Positions 19,020-30,100 of a stretch of 64,000 bases of DNA are shown piece by piece. Source of the stretch: an uncultured Alphaproteobacteria bacterium. GTDB taxonomy: Bacteria > Pseudomonadota > Alphaproteobacteria > JALCBB01. The DNA lies in NCBI GenBank assembly GCA_958267355.1, contig OY279575.1, forward strand, positions 540,335 to 604,334, read 5' to 3'. Each line of letters starts with the position of its first letter. The stretch's first letter is position 1. The translations under genes and the position numbers were made by a program. The notes below the pieces were generated by a model. The model made no database searches and was not told where the DNA came from. It saw nothing but the letters and a program-made list of their open reading frames with translations.

Positions 19020-21186
19020 ACTATTCGTTGAGCTTTATGGAGAAGATTTTCCAGGCTGGGCACAAGAAAAAGGGAGTAGGCAACTTTCTGACCTATTGTA
19101 CGAGGCTCTAAAAAAAAGAAATTTGCTTGATAAAAGAGCAGACTCAATTGGTTATGCATCACCACGCCGATTTGCGGTGCAAGTTGAAGGGGTCTTACCC
19201 GAAAGCAAGGCACAAGAAATTGAAACCCGTGGCCCACGCGAAGGGGCAAACGAAAAAGCACTTGAAGGCTTTTTGCGTAAGGCGGGTTTTTCTTCAACCG
19301 AAGACCAAGGGGTAGAGTTACGCGAAACCCCTAAGGGCAAGTTCTGGTTTGCGACCAAGCTTGTGCCACCAAGTTCTGCTGAAAAAGAAGTACCTGAAGC
19401 GATAGTTGAAACACTTCTTGCAACGCGTTGGCGAAAGTCGATGCGCTGGGATGCAAGTGGATTTCGCTGGCCGCGTCCGTTGCGTCGCTACACAATCTTG
19501 CTTGATGGAAACCCTTTATGTCTTCCCGATTCAGAAAGGCTACCCTCACTTAGGGGGGGCACGAATGAAATAGAAATTGGTGAAGAATATATAGCGGTGT
19601 CTAGCAAAGAAGATTGGCTCAAAATTTTAAAAGCCAAAGGTATTGAACCATATGCTCAAACGAATAAGAGAGGCGTACAGATAGTGACAGAGTCACAGGA
19701 AATGTCCACGCCTCGCTACTCTTCACGCTTCCATATTGAAAGACCATCTCTCCTAGTAATTCACCCTAAAGCAAAAAATTTACCCGAATCTTTTGTCCCA
19801 GTTATCTTAAAATATCATCTTGGTGTGTACGAAAGATCCGAAGGTGGGTATTATTACTCAGCTTCCCTGCCATATGGGCTAGAGGGAGGGGCAGAATCCG
19901 AATGGGAGCAGAAAACTATTAAGCAAGTTGAGAAGGTTGCACAGGCGCGCCTAGACGATGCCCGATTTTACTGGGAGCGGGATAAAAAAATTGGAGTAAA
20001 AGAGCTTCAAAACCGCTTAGACAAAATTAATTTCCACCCAAAACTTGGATCAATTCGTATGCGGGCAGAACGCATAGCCAACTTAGCTAAAGAAATTGCA
20101 GGGCTATTAGGAGAACAGGATGAGAAAGAATTAGAGCATATTCAAAAAGTAACTTTATACTCTCTGTGCGACTTAGCTTCTGGGACTGTGGGTGAAATTC
20201 CTAGTTTAGAGGGGTTTGTTGGTGCCAAGCTTTTTGCAGAAGAAAAAGATTTAGCTCCATATGAAAATTTTCCACTTGCTGCTCACCTAGCGTTAAGTAT
20301 TCGCGAGAGAAAATTTGTCGTACAGGAATTTTCTATTTCTTTGGCCTCGTTATTGGATTATTTGGTTGGCTTTATAGCAGCTGGTGAGCAGTCAACAGGC
20401 TCAACCGATCCATATGCTTTGCGTTCTAAGGGTGAACTTATATGTAGCTATCTAATTCATCCTAATTATAGGCTGACAGATTTGAATTTTGATGAGCTAA
20501 TGCTTAATGTAATGAATATTTATCTTGAAAATGCAGATATAAACACAAAAAATTTACCAAACGATGCTCCCGACTTTAGGGGGGGTAGTCGTAAAATTGA
20601 AGAAGATGTAATCAATTTTTTGAAAGATAGATTGGAGCGTTATCTGCAGTGGGCAGAAAAGATTCCTTATGATGTGACTCGTGCGGTGTTAAATACTTCT
20701 GGAAATGAAGATAGGGCTTACTTTGTATCAATTAAAAACTATGCGGTAAATCTAAGAAATCTTCTTTACTCCTCCGAAGAGGAAGAAAGGCAGAAGGTAG
20801 AAAAATTGCTTGTTGCTTGGCGACGAGCACAAGGATTGCTAAGAGGGGTTGAGCTTAAGTTAAATTCTTCTGATAAAGTGCTATCAGAAGAGGGAGAAAA
20901 ATTTAAAATGGCACTCCAGAATGCGAAACAACGCTTAGATGCTAAGCTTAAACCTTCTTTACGAGTGGAGATATTGGCAGAGCTTAGCGAACCTGTGAGT
21001 GCGTTTTTAGACGCAGAAAAAGTCTTGGAAGGCACAGAGCAGGAGCAACAGGCACGGCTGGCACTTTTAGACCGATTTATACAGGTGGTTAAGCAGGTGG
21101 CAGACTTGGATTATATTGAAGGGGGCGATATAACCGCTCGTAAGGACTTTGCTTATTATAGTAAAGTGTCTAACTCTACTGACTAG
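19012..21186 (+). CDS. glyS: glycine--tRNA ligase beta subunit
   Basis: Overlaps glyQ by 8 nt and has a GlyS-like N-terminus. The middle of the gene (~19500-20950) is markedly AT-rich compared with its surroundings. Confidence 0.85.
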   Translation: MAELFVELYGEDFPGWAQEKGSRQLSDLLYEALKKRNLLDKRADSIGYASPRRFAVQVEGVLPESKAQEIETRGPREGANEKALEGFLRKAGFSSTEDQGVELRETPKGKFWFATKLVPPSSAEKEVPEAIVETLLATRWRKSMRWDASGFRWPRPLRRYTILLDGNPLCLPDSERLPSLRGGTNEIEIGEEYIAVSSKEDWLKILKAKGIEPYAQTNKRGVQIVTESQEMSTPRYSSRFHIERPSLLVIHPKAKNLPESFVPVILKYHLGVYERSEGGYYYSASLPYGLEGGAESEWEQKTIKQVEKVAQARLDDARFYWERDKKIGVKELQNRLDKINFHPKLGSIRMRAERIANLAKEIAGLLGEQDEKELEHIQKVTLYSLCDLASGTVGEIPSLEGFVGAKLFAEEKDLAPYENFPLAAHLALSIRERKFVVQEFSISLASLLDYLVGFIAAGEQSTGSTDPYALRSKGELICSYLIHPNYRLTDLNFDELMLNVMNIYLENADINTKNLPNDAPDFRGGSRKIEEDVINFLKDRLERYLQWAEKIPYDVTRAVLNTSGNEDRAYFVSIKNYAVNLRNLLYSSEEEERQKVEKLLVAWRRAQGLLRGVELKLNSSDKVLSEEGEKFKMALQNAKQRLDAKLKPSLRVEILAELSEPVSAFLDAEKVLEGTEQEQQARLALLDRFIQVVKQVADLDYIEGGDITARKDFAYYSKVSNSTD

Positions 21187-21262
21187 CTCTCCAAACCCTG
21201 ACTTGGTGACTTCCGTGGCAAACCTGACCCAGACTGAAACCCGCGTTGATACGGTGGCAGGT

Positions 21263-23986
21263 ATGCGCTCCATCTATAGCTTCGGTGGCGGTAAAGCCGA
21301 TGGCGGGCGTGACGACAAGGCACTGCTCGGCGGCAAAGGAGCCAACTGTGCCGAAATGGCGCGTATCGGCTTGCCTGTCCCCGCAGGATTTACCATTACC
21401 ACGGCGGTCTGTAATGACTATCTGGCGCGTTTTGCCCAAGCCCCTGAACAGGCACTAGCTGATCCTGCTTCGGCGTTTCCTGATGGCTTAGAACAGGCTA
21501 TTGCCGAGTCGCTTGCTGTCCTAGAAGAACAAGAAGGGCGGAAATTCGGAGACGCCAAAAAACCGCTTTTGGTCTCAGTCCGCTCAGGAGCCCAGGCAAG
21601 TATGCCCGGCATGATGGATACAGTCCTGAACCTAGGGCTCAACCCTGACACAGTGCAGGGCTTGGCAGAGCAAGGTAATCCGCGTTTTGCCTATGACTCG
21701 TGGCGGCGGTTTATTCAGATGTTTTCCGATGTGGTGCTGGGCTTGCCCCACGGCGACTTTGAAGAAATCCTTGAAGAAATCAAAGACGAGCAGAATGTCC
21801 TTGAAGACTCAGAGCTTGACGCAGAAGCCCTACAAACCCTGTGCGACAGATATTTAGAGTTAGTCGCTAAGACAGGTACGCCGTTTCCGCAAGACCCCAT
21901 AGCCCAACTCCACGCCGCCATCGGCGCAGTCTTCCGCTCGTGGAGCAACACTCGAGCCAAAACCTACCGCCGCCTAAATAACATTCCCGACAACTGGGGC
22001 ACAGCTGTTACCGTACAAGCCATGGTCTTCGGCAATCTAGGCAATGATTGTGCGACAGGAGTCGCCTTCACCCGCGACCCTTCCACGGGGGAAAACCTGC
22101 CCTTCGGCGAATACCTAATCAACGCCCAAGGCGAAGATGTCGTGGCAGGAATTCGCACTCCGCGTAGCCTAACCATCGCAGGACGCAAAGCCATCGGCTC
22201 AAACGAACCCGCACTAGAAGAAGCTATGCCAGAAGCTTTCGCCGAGCTGATGCGTATCCGCACACTGCTCGAGCAACACTACAAAGATATGCAAGACCTA
22301 GAGTTCACCATCCAATCAGGGCGACTCTATATGTTGCAGACTCGCTCCGGCAAACGCAGTGTCTCAGCGGCTATTCGTATTGCCGCAGAAATGGCAGGGG
22401 AAGGGCTTATCTCCCAAGACGAAGCCCTAATGCGCGTTGAACCCGAAAGTGTGCGGCAGATTTTGCATCCTACCTTGGCTCCTGACTCGGGCGAAACCGT
22501 AGAGCTAACACGTGGCTTACCTGCATCTCCTGGGGCGGCAAGCGGTATCGTGGTCTTTTCCGCAGCCGAAGCCGAACGACTCGCCCCAGAACGCGCCGTA
22601 ATCTTATGCCGCAGTGAAACCAGCCCCGAAGATATTCAGGGCATGTACGTAGCCCGTGGCATCTTAACCACCCGTGGCGGTATGACAAGCCATGCCGCCG
22701 TAGTCGCTCGCGGAATGGGCAGACCCTGCGTCGTCGGAGCAGGAAGTCTGCATATTGACGAAGAGCAGGGGGTTATGACAGGCGGCGGACAGACCATCCG
22801 TGCCGGAGACGAAATCACCGTTGATGGCACAGGCGGGCGAATTCTACTGGGCGAAGCTAAGATGACCGAGCCAAACCTTGGCGAAGAATTTACCCTGCTT
22901 ATGCAGTGGGCAGACTCCCGTCGCCGTATGAAAGTCCGTGCCAACGCCGAAACCCCCGCCGACTGCAAAACAGCAATCCGCTTCGGGGCAGAAGGAATTG
23001 GTTTATGCCGCACCGAGCATATGTTCTTTCAGAAAGAACGCATGCTGGCAATGCGCGAAGTAATCGTCGCCCAAGACGAAACAGGCAGACGAGCCGCTTT
23101 GGCAAAGTTGCAACCTGTCCAGCGTGAAGACTTCGCTGAAATCTTCCGCATCATGGAAGGCAGACCCGTAACCGTGCGTCTGCTAGACCCACCACTCCAC
23201 GAGTTCCTGCCCCGTGGAGCAGAAGAACAAGCCACTCTCGCCGAAGCCTTAGGCATTTCCGCCAGTGAGTTGCGGGGGCGGGTTTCACGCCTGACCGAGA
23301 GTAATCCAATGCTAGGGCATCGTGGCTGTCGTCTGGCGATGACTTACCCCGAAGTCTATGAAATGCAGCTTCGTGCCTTGTTTGAAGCCGCCCATTTGGT
23401 CGCAGGCGAAGGAGTCGCGGTTTCCGTAGAAGTTATGATTCCGCTCGTCGCCTTTGACCAAGAGTTAGCAAGATTGCGCCAACTCAGCGAAGCCGTCGCA
23501 CAGGAAATCGCCAAACAAAATTCAGCAACAGCAGACAAAGTCCAGTACATCGTTGGCACAATGATTGAATTGCCACGGGCGGCTTTGTGTGCCGATACCT
23601 TAGCCAAACAGGCTGATTTCTTCTCGTTTGGTACCAATGACCTAACGCAAACCGCCTTGGGCTTGTCGCGGGACGATACAGGACCATTTCTGCCGTACTA
23701 TGAGTCCAGTGGTGTGATTCCGCGTGATCCGTTTGCTTCCTTGGATCTTGAAGGGGTAGGGCAGCTGGTCAAACTAGGCGTAGAACGCGGCAGGGCAAGT
23801 CGCCCTGACCTAAAGCTCGGAATCTGTGGCGAACACGGCGGAGACCCTGCATCGGTAGAATTCTTTGACTCCGTGGGCTTGGACTATGTTTCCTGCTCGC
23901 CATTCCGTTTGCCGATAGCTCGTCTGGCGGCGGCACAGGCACAAATCCGTAAAGACCGCAAAGACCGTAAAGACACAGATTCGTAG
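21263..23986 (+). CDS. ppdK: pyruvate, phosphate dikinase
   Basis: GGKGANCAEMARIGLPVPAGFTITT, PEP-utilising His domain (TRGGMTSHAAVVARGMG) and C-terminal TIM-barrel motifs. Start at ATG 21263. Confidence 0.93.
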   Translation: MRSIYSFGGGKADGGRDDKALLGGKGANCAEMARIGLPVPAGFTITTAVCNDYLARFAQAPEQALADPASAFPDGLEQAIAESLAVLEEQEGRKFGDAKKPLLVSVRSGAQASMPGMMDTVLNLGLNPDTVQGLAEQGNPRFAYDSWRRFIQMFSDVVLGLPHGDFEEILEEIKDEQNVLEDSELDAEALQTLCDRYLELVAKTGTPFPQDPIAQLHAAIGAVFRSWSNTRAKTYRRLNNIPDNWGTAVTVQAMVFGNLGNDCATGVAFTRDPSTGENLPFGEYLINAQGEDVVAGIRTPRSLTIAGRKAIGSNEPALEEAMPEAFAELMRIRTLLEQHYKDMQDLEFTIQSGRLYMLQTRSGKRSVSAAIRIAAEMAGEGLISQDEALMRVEPESVRQILHPTLAPDSGETVELTRGLPASPGAASGIVVFSAAEAERLAPERAVILCRSETSPEDIQGMYVARGILTTRGGMTSHAAVVARGMGRPCVVGAGSLHIDEEQGVMTGGGQTIRAGDEITVDGTGGRILLGEAKMTEPNLGEEFTLLMQWADSRRRMKVRANAETPADCKTAIRFGAEGIGLCRTEHMFFQKERMLAMREVIVAQDETGRRAALAKLQPVQREDFAEIFRIMEGRPVTVRLLDPPLHEFLPRGAEEQATLAEALGISASELRGRVSRLTESNPMLGHRGCRLAMTYPEVYEMQLRALFEAAHLVAGEGVAVSVEVMIPLVAFDQELARLRQLSEAVAQEIAKQNSATADKVQYIVGTMIELPRAALCADTLAKQADFFSFGTNDLTQTALGLSRDDTGPFLPYYESSGVIPRDPFASLDLEGVGQLVKLGVERGRASRPDLKLGICGEHGGDPASVEFFDSVGLDYVSCSPFRLPIARLAAAQAQIRKDRKDRKDTDS

Positions 23987-24000
23987 GGGCAATAAGCCCG

Positions 24001-24462
24001 CTAGTCGGTTTCTTCTCCCTCACACGAGAGAAGCACCAAGTCGTAAACGGGGTGTTCCACCGAAGACACCGACGGAGACGAAGCATACAACCAGCCGCTA
24101 AATACCTGTCTCTCGCCTTGTCGTGCGTTTTCAGAGCGATTCGCCGTGTTGGTGGTGGTGCCCGTCCGCGCGAAAGAACGCTCTGAGACGCGAAGCCAGG
24201 CGATGGACTCAGGAATTTCCAACGGCAAAGCCCGCCAACAGGCTTCTGCCGTAACCGACAGGGTTTTGTAGGTCAAAGTCCTGCCAATCGGCAGGGTCAA
24301 AGTGCTAACCCGTGCTGTGACCTTGTCCAGCACCTGCACCTTAGCTGGACCCGAAGTGCGGGCTAATCTGCCCGTCGGACTTTGCGCTTCTGTTGCGATT
24401 GGGGCGAAAGCTAGTCCGCAAGCCAAAAGCACCAAGAGACCAGAGAAAACAAGCCGAGTCAC
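24001..24462 (-). CDS. DUF2155-like secreted protein
   Basis: Signal peptide (LVFSGLLVLLACGLAFA) and FSGWLYASSPSVS motif recalled for DUF2155. Start assigned to GTG 24462, which is uncertain. Confidence 0.5.
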   Translation of the reverse strand: MTRLVFSGLLVLLACGLAFAPIATEAQSPTGRLARTSGPAKVQVLDKVTARVSTLTLPIGRTLTYKTLSVTAEACWRALPLEIPESIAWLRVSERSFARTGTTTNTANRSENARQGERQVFSGWLYASSPSVSSVEHPVYDLVLLSCEGEETD

Positions 24463-24472
24463 AAGCGGTTTC

Positions 24473-24751
24473 CTATTCGGACTTTTCAGGCTCTGGTTCG
24501 GGCTTGGCTTCAGGCTTGGCGGCAAAGGGATTCGCCAAGCTGTCAGTCGTCTCACGCAGGGCTTGGCGTAACTGCGTTTCTTCCACGCCCAGCAACAAGC
24601 CATCGGCTAGGGTTTCGCTTGCCATTGTCCGCACTTCGGCGAGTCGCTGTTCTAGAAGCCGCAGTTTGTCTTGGCAGTCTATGGCTTTGCCTGAGCCATC
24701 GCGCCAAACCTTCTGATTTTTCGGCTGATTTTGTGATGAGTCCGCACCCAT
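24473..24751 (-). CDS. hypothetical small coiled-coil protein
   Basis: 93-aa ORF (MGADSSQNQ...LRLLEQRLAEVR...PEAKPEPEPEKSE) with a GGAG 9 nt upstream. No recognised family. Confidence 0.3.
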   Translation of the reverse strand: MGADSSQNQPKNQKVWRDGSGKAIDCQDKLRLLEQRLAEVRTMASETLADGLLLGVEETQLRQALRETTDSLANPFAAKPEAKPEPEPEKSE

Positions 24752-24908
24752 AATAAGCTCCACAGCGGGGTAAGCCCTAAAAACAACAGGAAAAACACAA
24801 GCCACAGCCCAGATTAGCACTCATCTTGCCGCTATGGGTGAAAGGGGTAGGTTAGAAGCGTGGGTGAGAAGTGGGCGGGCGGGCTGTCTTTTGCCTATAC
24901 TGCCGCCT

Positions 24909-25769
24909 ATGGATTTTCTCGCCAACTTGCTCAAGCACATGCAGCTAGACGCAGAATTCTTCTGGGATAGCTTCCTGCCGTGGTTTCTGGAAAAGCTGGT
25001 CATTATCGTTGTCGCCTTACTGGGCGTTTGGGTGGCACGGTTTCTGGTCCGCCGCGCTACCGTATGGATGGAGCAACTACCAGGACTCGCCGAAGACCAA
25101 ACCGCCCGCGAGTTTTTGGGACGATTGGTTTATGTCCTGCTTCTGGTGGTAGTTGGAATCGCCACTTTGTCTGCCTTTGGCGTGAAGACTTCCAGCCTGC
25201 TGGCTCTGCTCGGCGGAGCTGCCCTAGCGATTGGTTTGGCTCTACAGAATACGCTTAGCAACTTGGCGGCGGGGTTGCAGATTTTGATTTTGCGTCCGCT
25301 GGCGATTGGCAGTGTCGTGGAAGCGGCAGGTATCAAGGGCACGGTGATGAGCGTTTCGCTCTTTACCACGGATTTAAAAACCTTTGACGGCGAGCGGATT
25401 ATTGTTCCGAACCGTGCTTTGACCGAAGCCAATATTATTAACTACAACCAGCCGAGCATACGGCGTTTGCGGGCTTTGGTCGGCGTATCGTATGACACCG
25501 ACTTACGAATGGCACGCACGGCGTTGCTAGAACTGGCAGAAGAATTGCCGCAGGTCTTGGATGATCCTGCGCCTTCGGTATGGATGGAACAGCTTGCCGA
25601 TAGCAGTGTTAATTTGTCTTTGCGGGTGTGGGTGCATCAAGATGATTATGTTCCGCTCTTGCGGGAAATTGTAATGCTGGTGAAGGAAAAGTTGGACTCC
25701 CACGGCATAGAAATTCCCTTCCCGCAGAGAGTCGTTATGATCCAGGGACAGAATCCAGAGGAAAATTAA
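24909..25769 (+). CDS. mscS: mechanosensitive ion channel (MscS family)
   Basis: N-terminal TM helices followed by the conserved MscS beta-domain (RPLAIGSVVEAAGIKGTVMSVSLFTTDLKTFDGERIIVPNRAL...NYN). Confidence 0.85.
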   Translation: MDFLANLLKHMQLDAEFFWDSFLPWFLEKLVIIVVALLGVWVARFLVRRATVWMEQLPGLAEDQTAREFLGRLVYVLLLVVVGIATLSAFGVKTSSLLALLGGAALAIGLALQNTLSNLAAGLQILILRPLAIGSVVEAAGIKGTVMSVSLFTTDLKTFDGERIIVPNRALTEANIINYNQPSIRRLRALVGVSYDTDLRMARTALLELAEELPQVLDDPAPSVWMEQLADSSVNLSLRVWVHQDDYVPLLREIVMLVKEKLDSHGIEIPFPQRVVMIQGQNPEEN

Positions 25770-25776
25770 TCTTAAC

Positions 25777-26244
25777 TTATTTTGTTTGTGCGGCTGAAAA
25801 AATAAAGCGGGCAAGCAGGTCTATCAGATTTACTGAGCCTTGGGTTTGGTCTATCTCGGCTCCTGCTTCTAGGTTACTAAGCTCTCCGCCTGGAGTTAGG
25901 CTGATGTAAGCCCCGCCTAGCAATCCATCGGACAAAACTCGTGCCGAAGTGTCTGCGGGCAGAAGAATGGAATCGTCAATATCCAAGGTGACTTCGGCGT
26001 AGAAGGTTTCAGTGTCTAGCTCCATGGATTTGACCGAGCCGATTAGCACTCCCGACAGGCGCACTTCCGCCCCAGGAGCAATTCCCGAAGCGTTATCAAA
26101 GATCGCAACAATCGGATAGGTACCTTCGCCCGACAAAGTCTCCCGCTGGGACAAGCCAAAAAACAGAAAGGCAAGAGTCAGCAGAATCACCGCCACGCCC
26201 GTTAGGGTTTCAACTGTGCGTCTAGAGGGTTGCGCCATTGCCAT
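25777..26244 (-). CDS. mlaD: MlaD-like MCE-domain protein (outer-membrane lipid asymmetry)
   Basis: N-terminal TM then MCE domain (YPIVAIFDNASGIAPGAEVRLSGVLIGSV...DTETFYAEVTLDID). Confidence 0.72.
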   Translation of the reverse strand: MAMAQPSRRTVETLTGVAVILLTLAFLFFGLSQRETLSGEGTYPIVAIFDNASGIAPGAEVRLSGVLIGSVKSMELDTETFYAEVTLDIDDSILLPADTSARVLSDGLLGGAYISLTPGGELSNLEAGAEIDQTQGSVNLIDLLARFIFSAAQTK

Positions 26245-26271
26245 CGGTAGATTTGCCTTATAGCAAGCCAG

Positions 26272-26706
26272 TTAGCACCAGCCATCAAAACGCGGCCGAT
26301 GGCTCGGTAAGGAGTGCATAGACTGCTTATTCGGAAGCCATGCATCATAATCGCCTGTGGCTTGCGCTCGCTTGCCTCCTGCTAGGCGGTGGCCTGATGG
26401 CAGGTAGGGAGACAGGGCAACGGGCTGTTGCTCCGCCAGTGCGCCACTAGGCGGGTTCTGGGTCGTATAGTGGAGCCACGCCCGCCACGCAGGAGGCAAA
26501 GTCGGTACATCGCCCCGCCCGAGTCCACCGAACAAGCCTTTGACAAGGCGATACCGTGGCGAGCGGACATAGACCACCCAGCGGTGTTCTTCCATACCTG
26601 CCTTGACCTGTCCGCGATGGGCACGGCGAATCTGCGAGCGATAGTACCTATTGCCCGCGCCATCGCTGCCAACCAGCTCGCCCTTGCGTGCTTTGAGAAG
26701 ATTCAT
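26272..26706 (-). CDS. NDUFA12-family protein (NADH:ubiquinone oxidoreductase 17.2 kDa subunit-like)
   Basis: SDGAGNRYYRS ... WRAWLHYT ... GDYDAWLPN, a pattern typical of bacterial NDUFA12 homologues. Confidence 0.75.
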   Translation of the reverse strand: MNLLKARKGELVGSDGAGNRYYRSQIRRAHRGQVKAGMEEHRWVVYVRSPRYRLVKGLFGGLGRGDVPTLPPAWRAWLHYTTQNPPSGALAEQQPVALSPYLPSGHRLAGGKRAQATGDYDAWLPNKQSMHSLPSHRPRFDGWC

Positions 26707-27130
26707 AGCCAGCAGTATAGCCCATCCACCACAGACCGTAACGATGGGCTTACCGCAGGAGATTACCGCTTGAGAAATCTTCCAGTGGCTTTATGTGGGT
26801 CTTGGTGCAACTTCACAAGTTAGGTTAACCGTGACGATTTCTCCTGATTCCATTTTTCTTGATTTAAATCTACATCAGGGGGCTATCTGCCCTTGCGGGA
26901 CAAAATATAGTGGGTATATTGGAAGCGCGATGCAACTGTTCCTACGGTGAGTCGCCTTGAAGAAAATTCACAGCTAAGGGCTTTACCTGCTTTGCACGGG
27001 TTTTAGGCAGGCGGGTTTAGCAAAAAAGCCCTATTAGCAAGTTCTGCGTGGCAGAGTACCGACTCACCTCTGTGGGTTTGGCAAGCGCAGGGCAGGGCAA
27101 TAATTGTTTTAGAGGAAAAGGAATTGCGTC

Positions 27131-30100
27131 ATGCGCTTTGAAAGGTTTCACACCGTCGCGGGAGAGTCTCCCTATCGCGGAATAGAATTCAAGACCGTGT
27201 CTTCGGTGATGCGCAATCCTGATGGACAGGTTGTATTTGAAGCCCAGAATATTCAGGTGCCCGAGTTTTGGAGCCAAGTCGCAACCGATATTTTAGCCCG
27301 TAAGTATTTCCGCAAACGCGGTGTGCCGACTGTTCTACGCCGCGTGGAAGAAGAAGGCGTACCTGCCTTCCTGTGGCGGAGTGAAGCAGACGAAGCGGCT
27401 TGCGCTGACCTGCCCGAAGACCAGCAAGAAGGCGGAGAAACCGACGCACGGGCGGTCTTCAATCGCCTAGCAGGGGCATGGACTTATTGGGGCTGGAAAG
27501 CAGGAATTTTCTCCGCAGAAGAAGATGCACAGGTTTTCTACGATGAGCTGTGTCACCAACTCGCACGGCAAATGGCTGCACCCAATTCTCCGCAGTGGTT
27601 TAACACAGGACTCCATTGGGCATACGGCATTGAAGGCCCACCACAAGGCCACTGGTACTGGGACGAAGAAAAGCACCGCTCCGTGCCAAGCGAAAGCGCC
27701 TATGCACGTCCGCAACCACACGCCTGCTTTATTCAGTCTGTTGAAGATGATCTGGTCGGCGCAGACGGAATTATGGATCTATGGCAACGCGAAGCCCGTC
27801 TGTTCAAATACGGCAGTGGTAGCGGCACAAATTACTCGGCTTTGCGCGGGGCGGGAGAGTCTTTATCAGGTGGAGGCGAATCTTCAGGCTTGATGTCGTT
27901 CCTGCAGATTGGCGATAGAGCCGCTGGTGCGATTCGCTCAGGCGGCACAACACGGCGGGCGGCGAAGATGGTGACCCTAGATGCGGATCATCCTGATGTT
28001 GAAGAATATGTCTCCTGGAAGTGGGTAGAAGAGCAGAAAGTAGCGTCTCTGGTCGCAGGAGCTGCTCTGTGCCGTAAGCACTTGAATCGCGTTCTACGAG
28101 CAGCACAGGAAGGCACAGAAGCCACTGAAGGCGCAGGAGGCAATAGAGGCAAAACAGGCAATACAGAAGGCACAGCAAGTGCGTTAGAGACGGCAAGTGC
28201 GTTAGAGACAGCAAGTGCGCTAGAGACAGCAAGCGCGCTAGAGAGAGAGTCGCTCCAGAAGAATCCCGCCCTGCGGAGTGCAGTCCGCCAAGCCCGAAGA
28301 GCAGGAGTGCCAGAAAACTATATCCGCCGTGCCGTGCGTATGGCAGAGCTAGGACAATCCGAGTGGGATTTTCCGCTCTACGACACCGATTGGGATAGCG
28401 AAGCCTACCGCACCGTGTCAGGGCAGAATTCCAATAACTCTATTCGCCTGCCCGACGCATTTCTGCAAGCCGTAGAAACCGACAGCGAATGGCACCTAAC
28501 CCGTCGCACCGATGGAGCAGTTTCCAAAACTCTACGCGCCCGCGACCTGTGGAAACGCATCGGCTGGGCAGCTTGGCATTCAGCTGACCCAGGCGTGCAG
28601 TTTGATACAACGATTAATGAATGGCACACCTGTCCCGCCGATGGACGAATTCGCGCCAGCAATCCCTGTTCGGAATATATGTTCTTGGATGATACGGCTT
28701 GCAACTTGGCTTCTTTAAACCTGTTGCGCTTTCTGGCAGAGCCAAACGAAGCATCACAAGAAGGACAAGAAAAATCAGAAACAGGCGAAGCCTTCCGCGT
28801 TGAAGCCTTTGAACAGGCAGTACGCCTATGGACTGTTGTCTTAGAAATTTCTGTGACCATGGCGCAGTTTCCGTCTGCCCAGATCGCCGAACGCTCGTGG
28901 AGATTCCGCACCCTTGGTCTGGGCTATGCCAACTTAGGGGCTCTGCTGATGTCTCTGGGGCTTGGCTACGACTCAAAAGAAGGTAGGGCATTGGCAGGTG
29001 CCGTAACCGCACTGCTCGGCGGAGTTTCATGGCGCACTTCAGCTGAGTTGGCAGAACAACTCGGCTCGTTTGCTGGCTATGCCGCAAACCGCGAGTCGCT
29101 CCTGCGGGTTCTGCGCAACCACAGACGCGCCGCCGCAGGAGAACAAGAAGACTACGAGTCGCTTTCCATCTTGCCCGTGGCACACCAAGAAGCCGAGTGT
29201 CCGCTTCCAAGTGTGAGTCGGGCAGCCCTGCAGGCTTGGGATGATGCCCTAGAGCTAGGCAACACCTGCGGCTTTCGCAACGCGCAAACCACTTGTATTG
29301 CTCCGACAGGCACGATTGGCTTGGTTATGGATTGTGACACCACAGGCGTTGAGCCAAACTTTGCTCTTGTCAGCTTCAAGCAGTTAGCAGGGGGCGGATA
29401 CTTCAAAATGATTAACCGTGCCGTGCCACAAGCCCTGCAAGCTTTGGGCTATGACGAAGTCGCAATTCAAGAAATGATCCGCTACGCCACAGGACACGCA
29501 ACTCTGGCAGGGGCTCCGGGAGTCAATCACGAAACCCTACGCGCCAAAGGCTTTAGCGACTCGGTGCTGGAAGAAGTAGAACGAATTTTGCCCGGAGTCT
29601 TCTCTATTCGCTTTGCCTTCAATCGTTGGACTTTGGGCGAAGACTTCTGCCGTGAAACCTTGGGCTTAACCGAGTCCGATTTAGCAGACCCATCTTTAGA
29701 CTTGCTGGCGCGTATTGGCTTCACCGCAAGTGATATTGAAGCAGCAAATCGCTTCTGCTGTGGGTCAATGTCGTTGGAAGGTGCACCCGAACTGCGTAGT
29801 GATCATCTAGCCGTATTTGATTGCGCGGTCTTGTGTGGCAGCGAAGGAACGCGGGTGCTGGCTCCGCGTAGCCATGTGGATATGCTCGCCGCTGTCCAGC
29901 CGTTTATCTGCGGCAGTATTTCTAAGACAATTAACCTACCGCCCACCGCCACCGTAGAAGACTGCATGGACGCCTACCACAGGTCTTGGCGTTTGGGCTT
30001 GAAAGCCAATGCACTCTACCGTGATGGCTCTAAGCTGTCGCAACCGCTGGTCTCTGCCTTCTTGGATGACCTAGAAGACGAAGCCGAAGACAGCGACAGA

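Noticed and set aside
26820-27130. Cobalamin riboswitch upstream of B12-dependent nrdJ
   Set aside because: Expected from biology, but I could not locate the conserved B12-box (GCCACTG) or the other core motifs by eye. Left as unverified; needs an Rfam scan.
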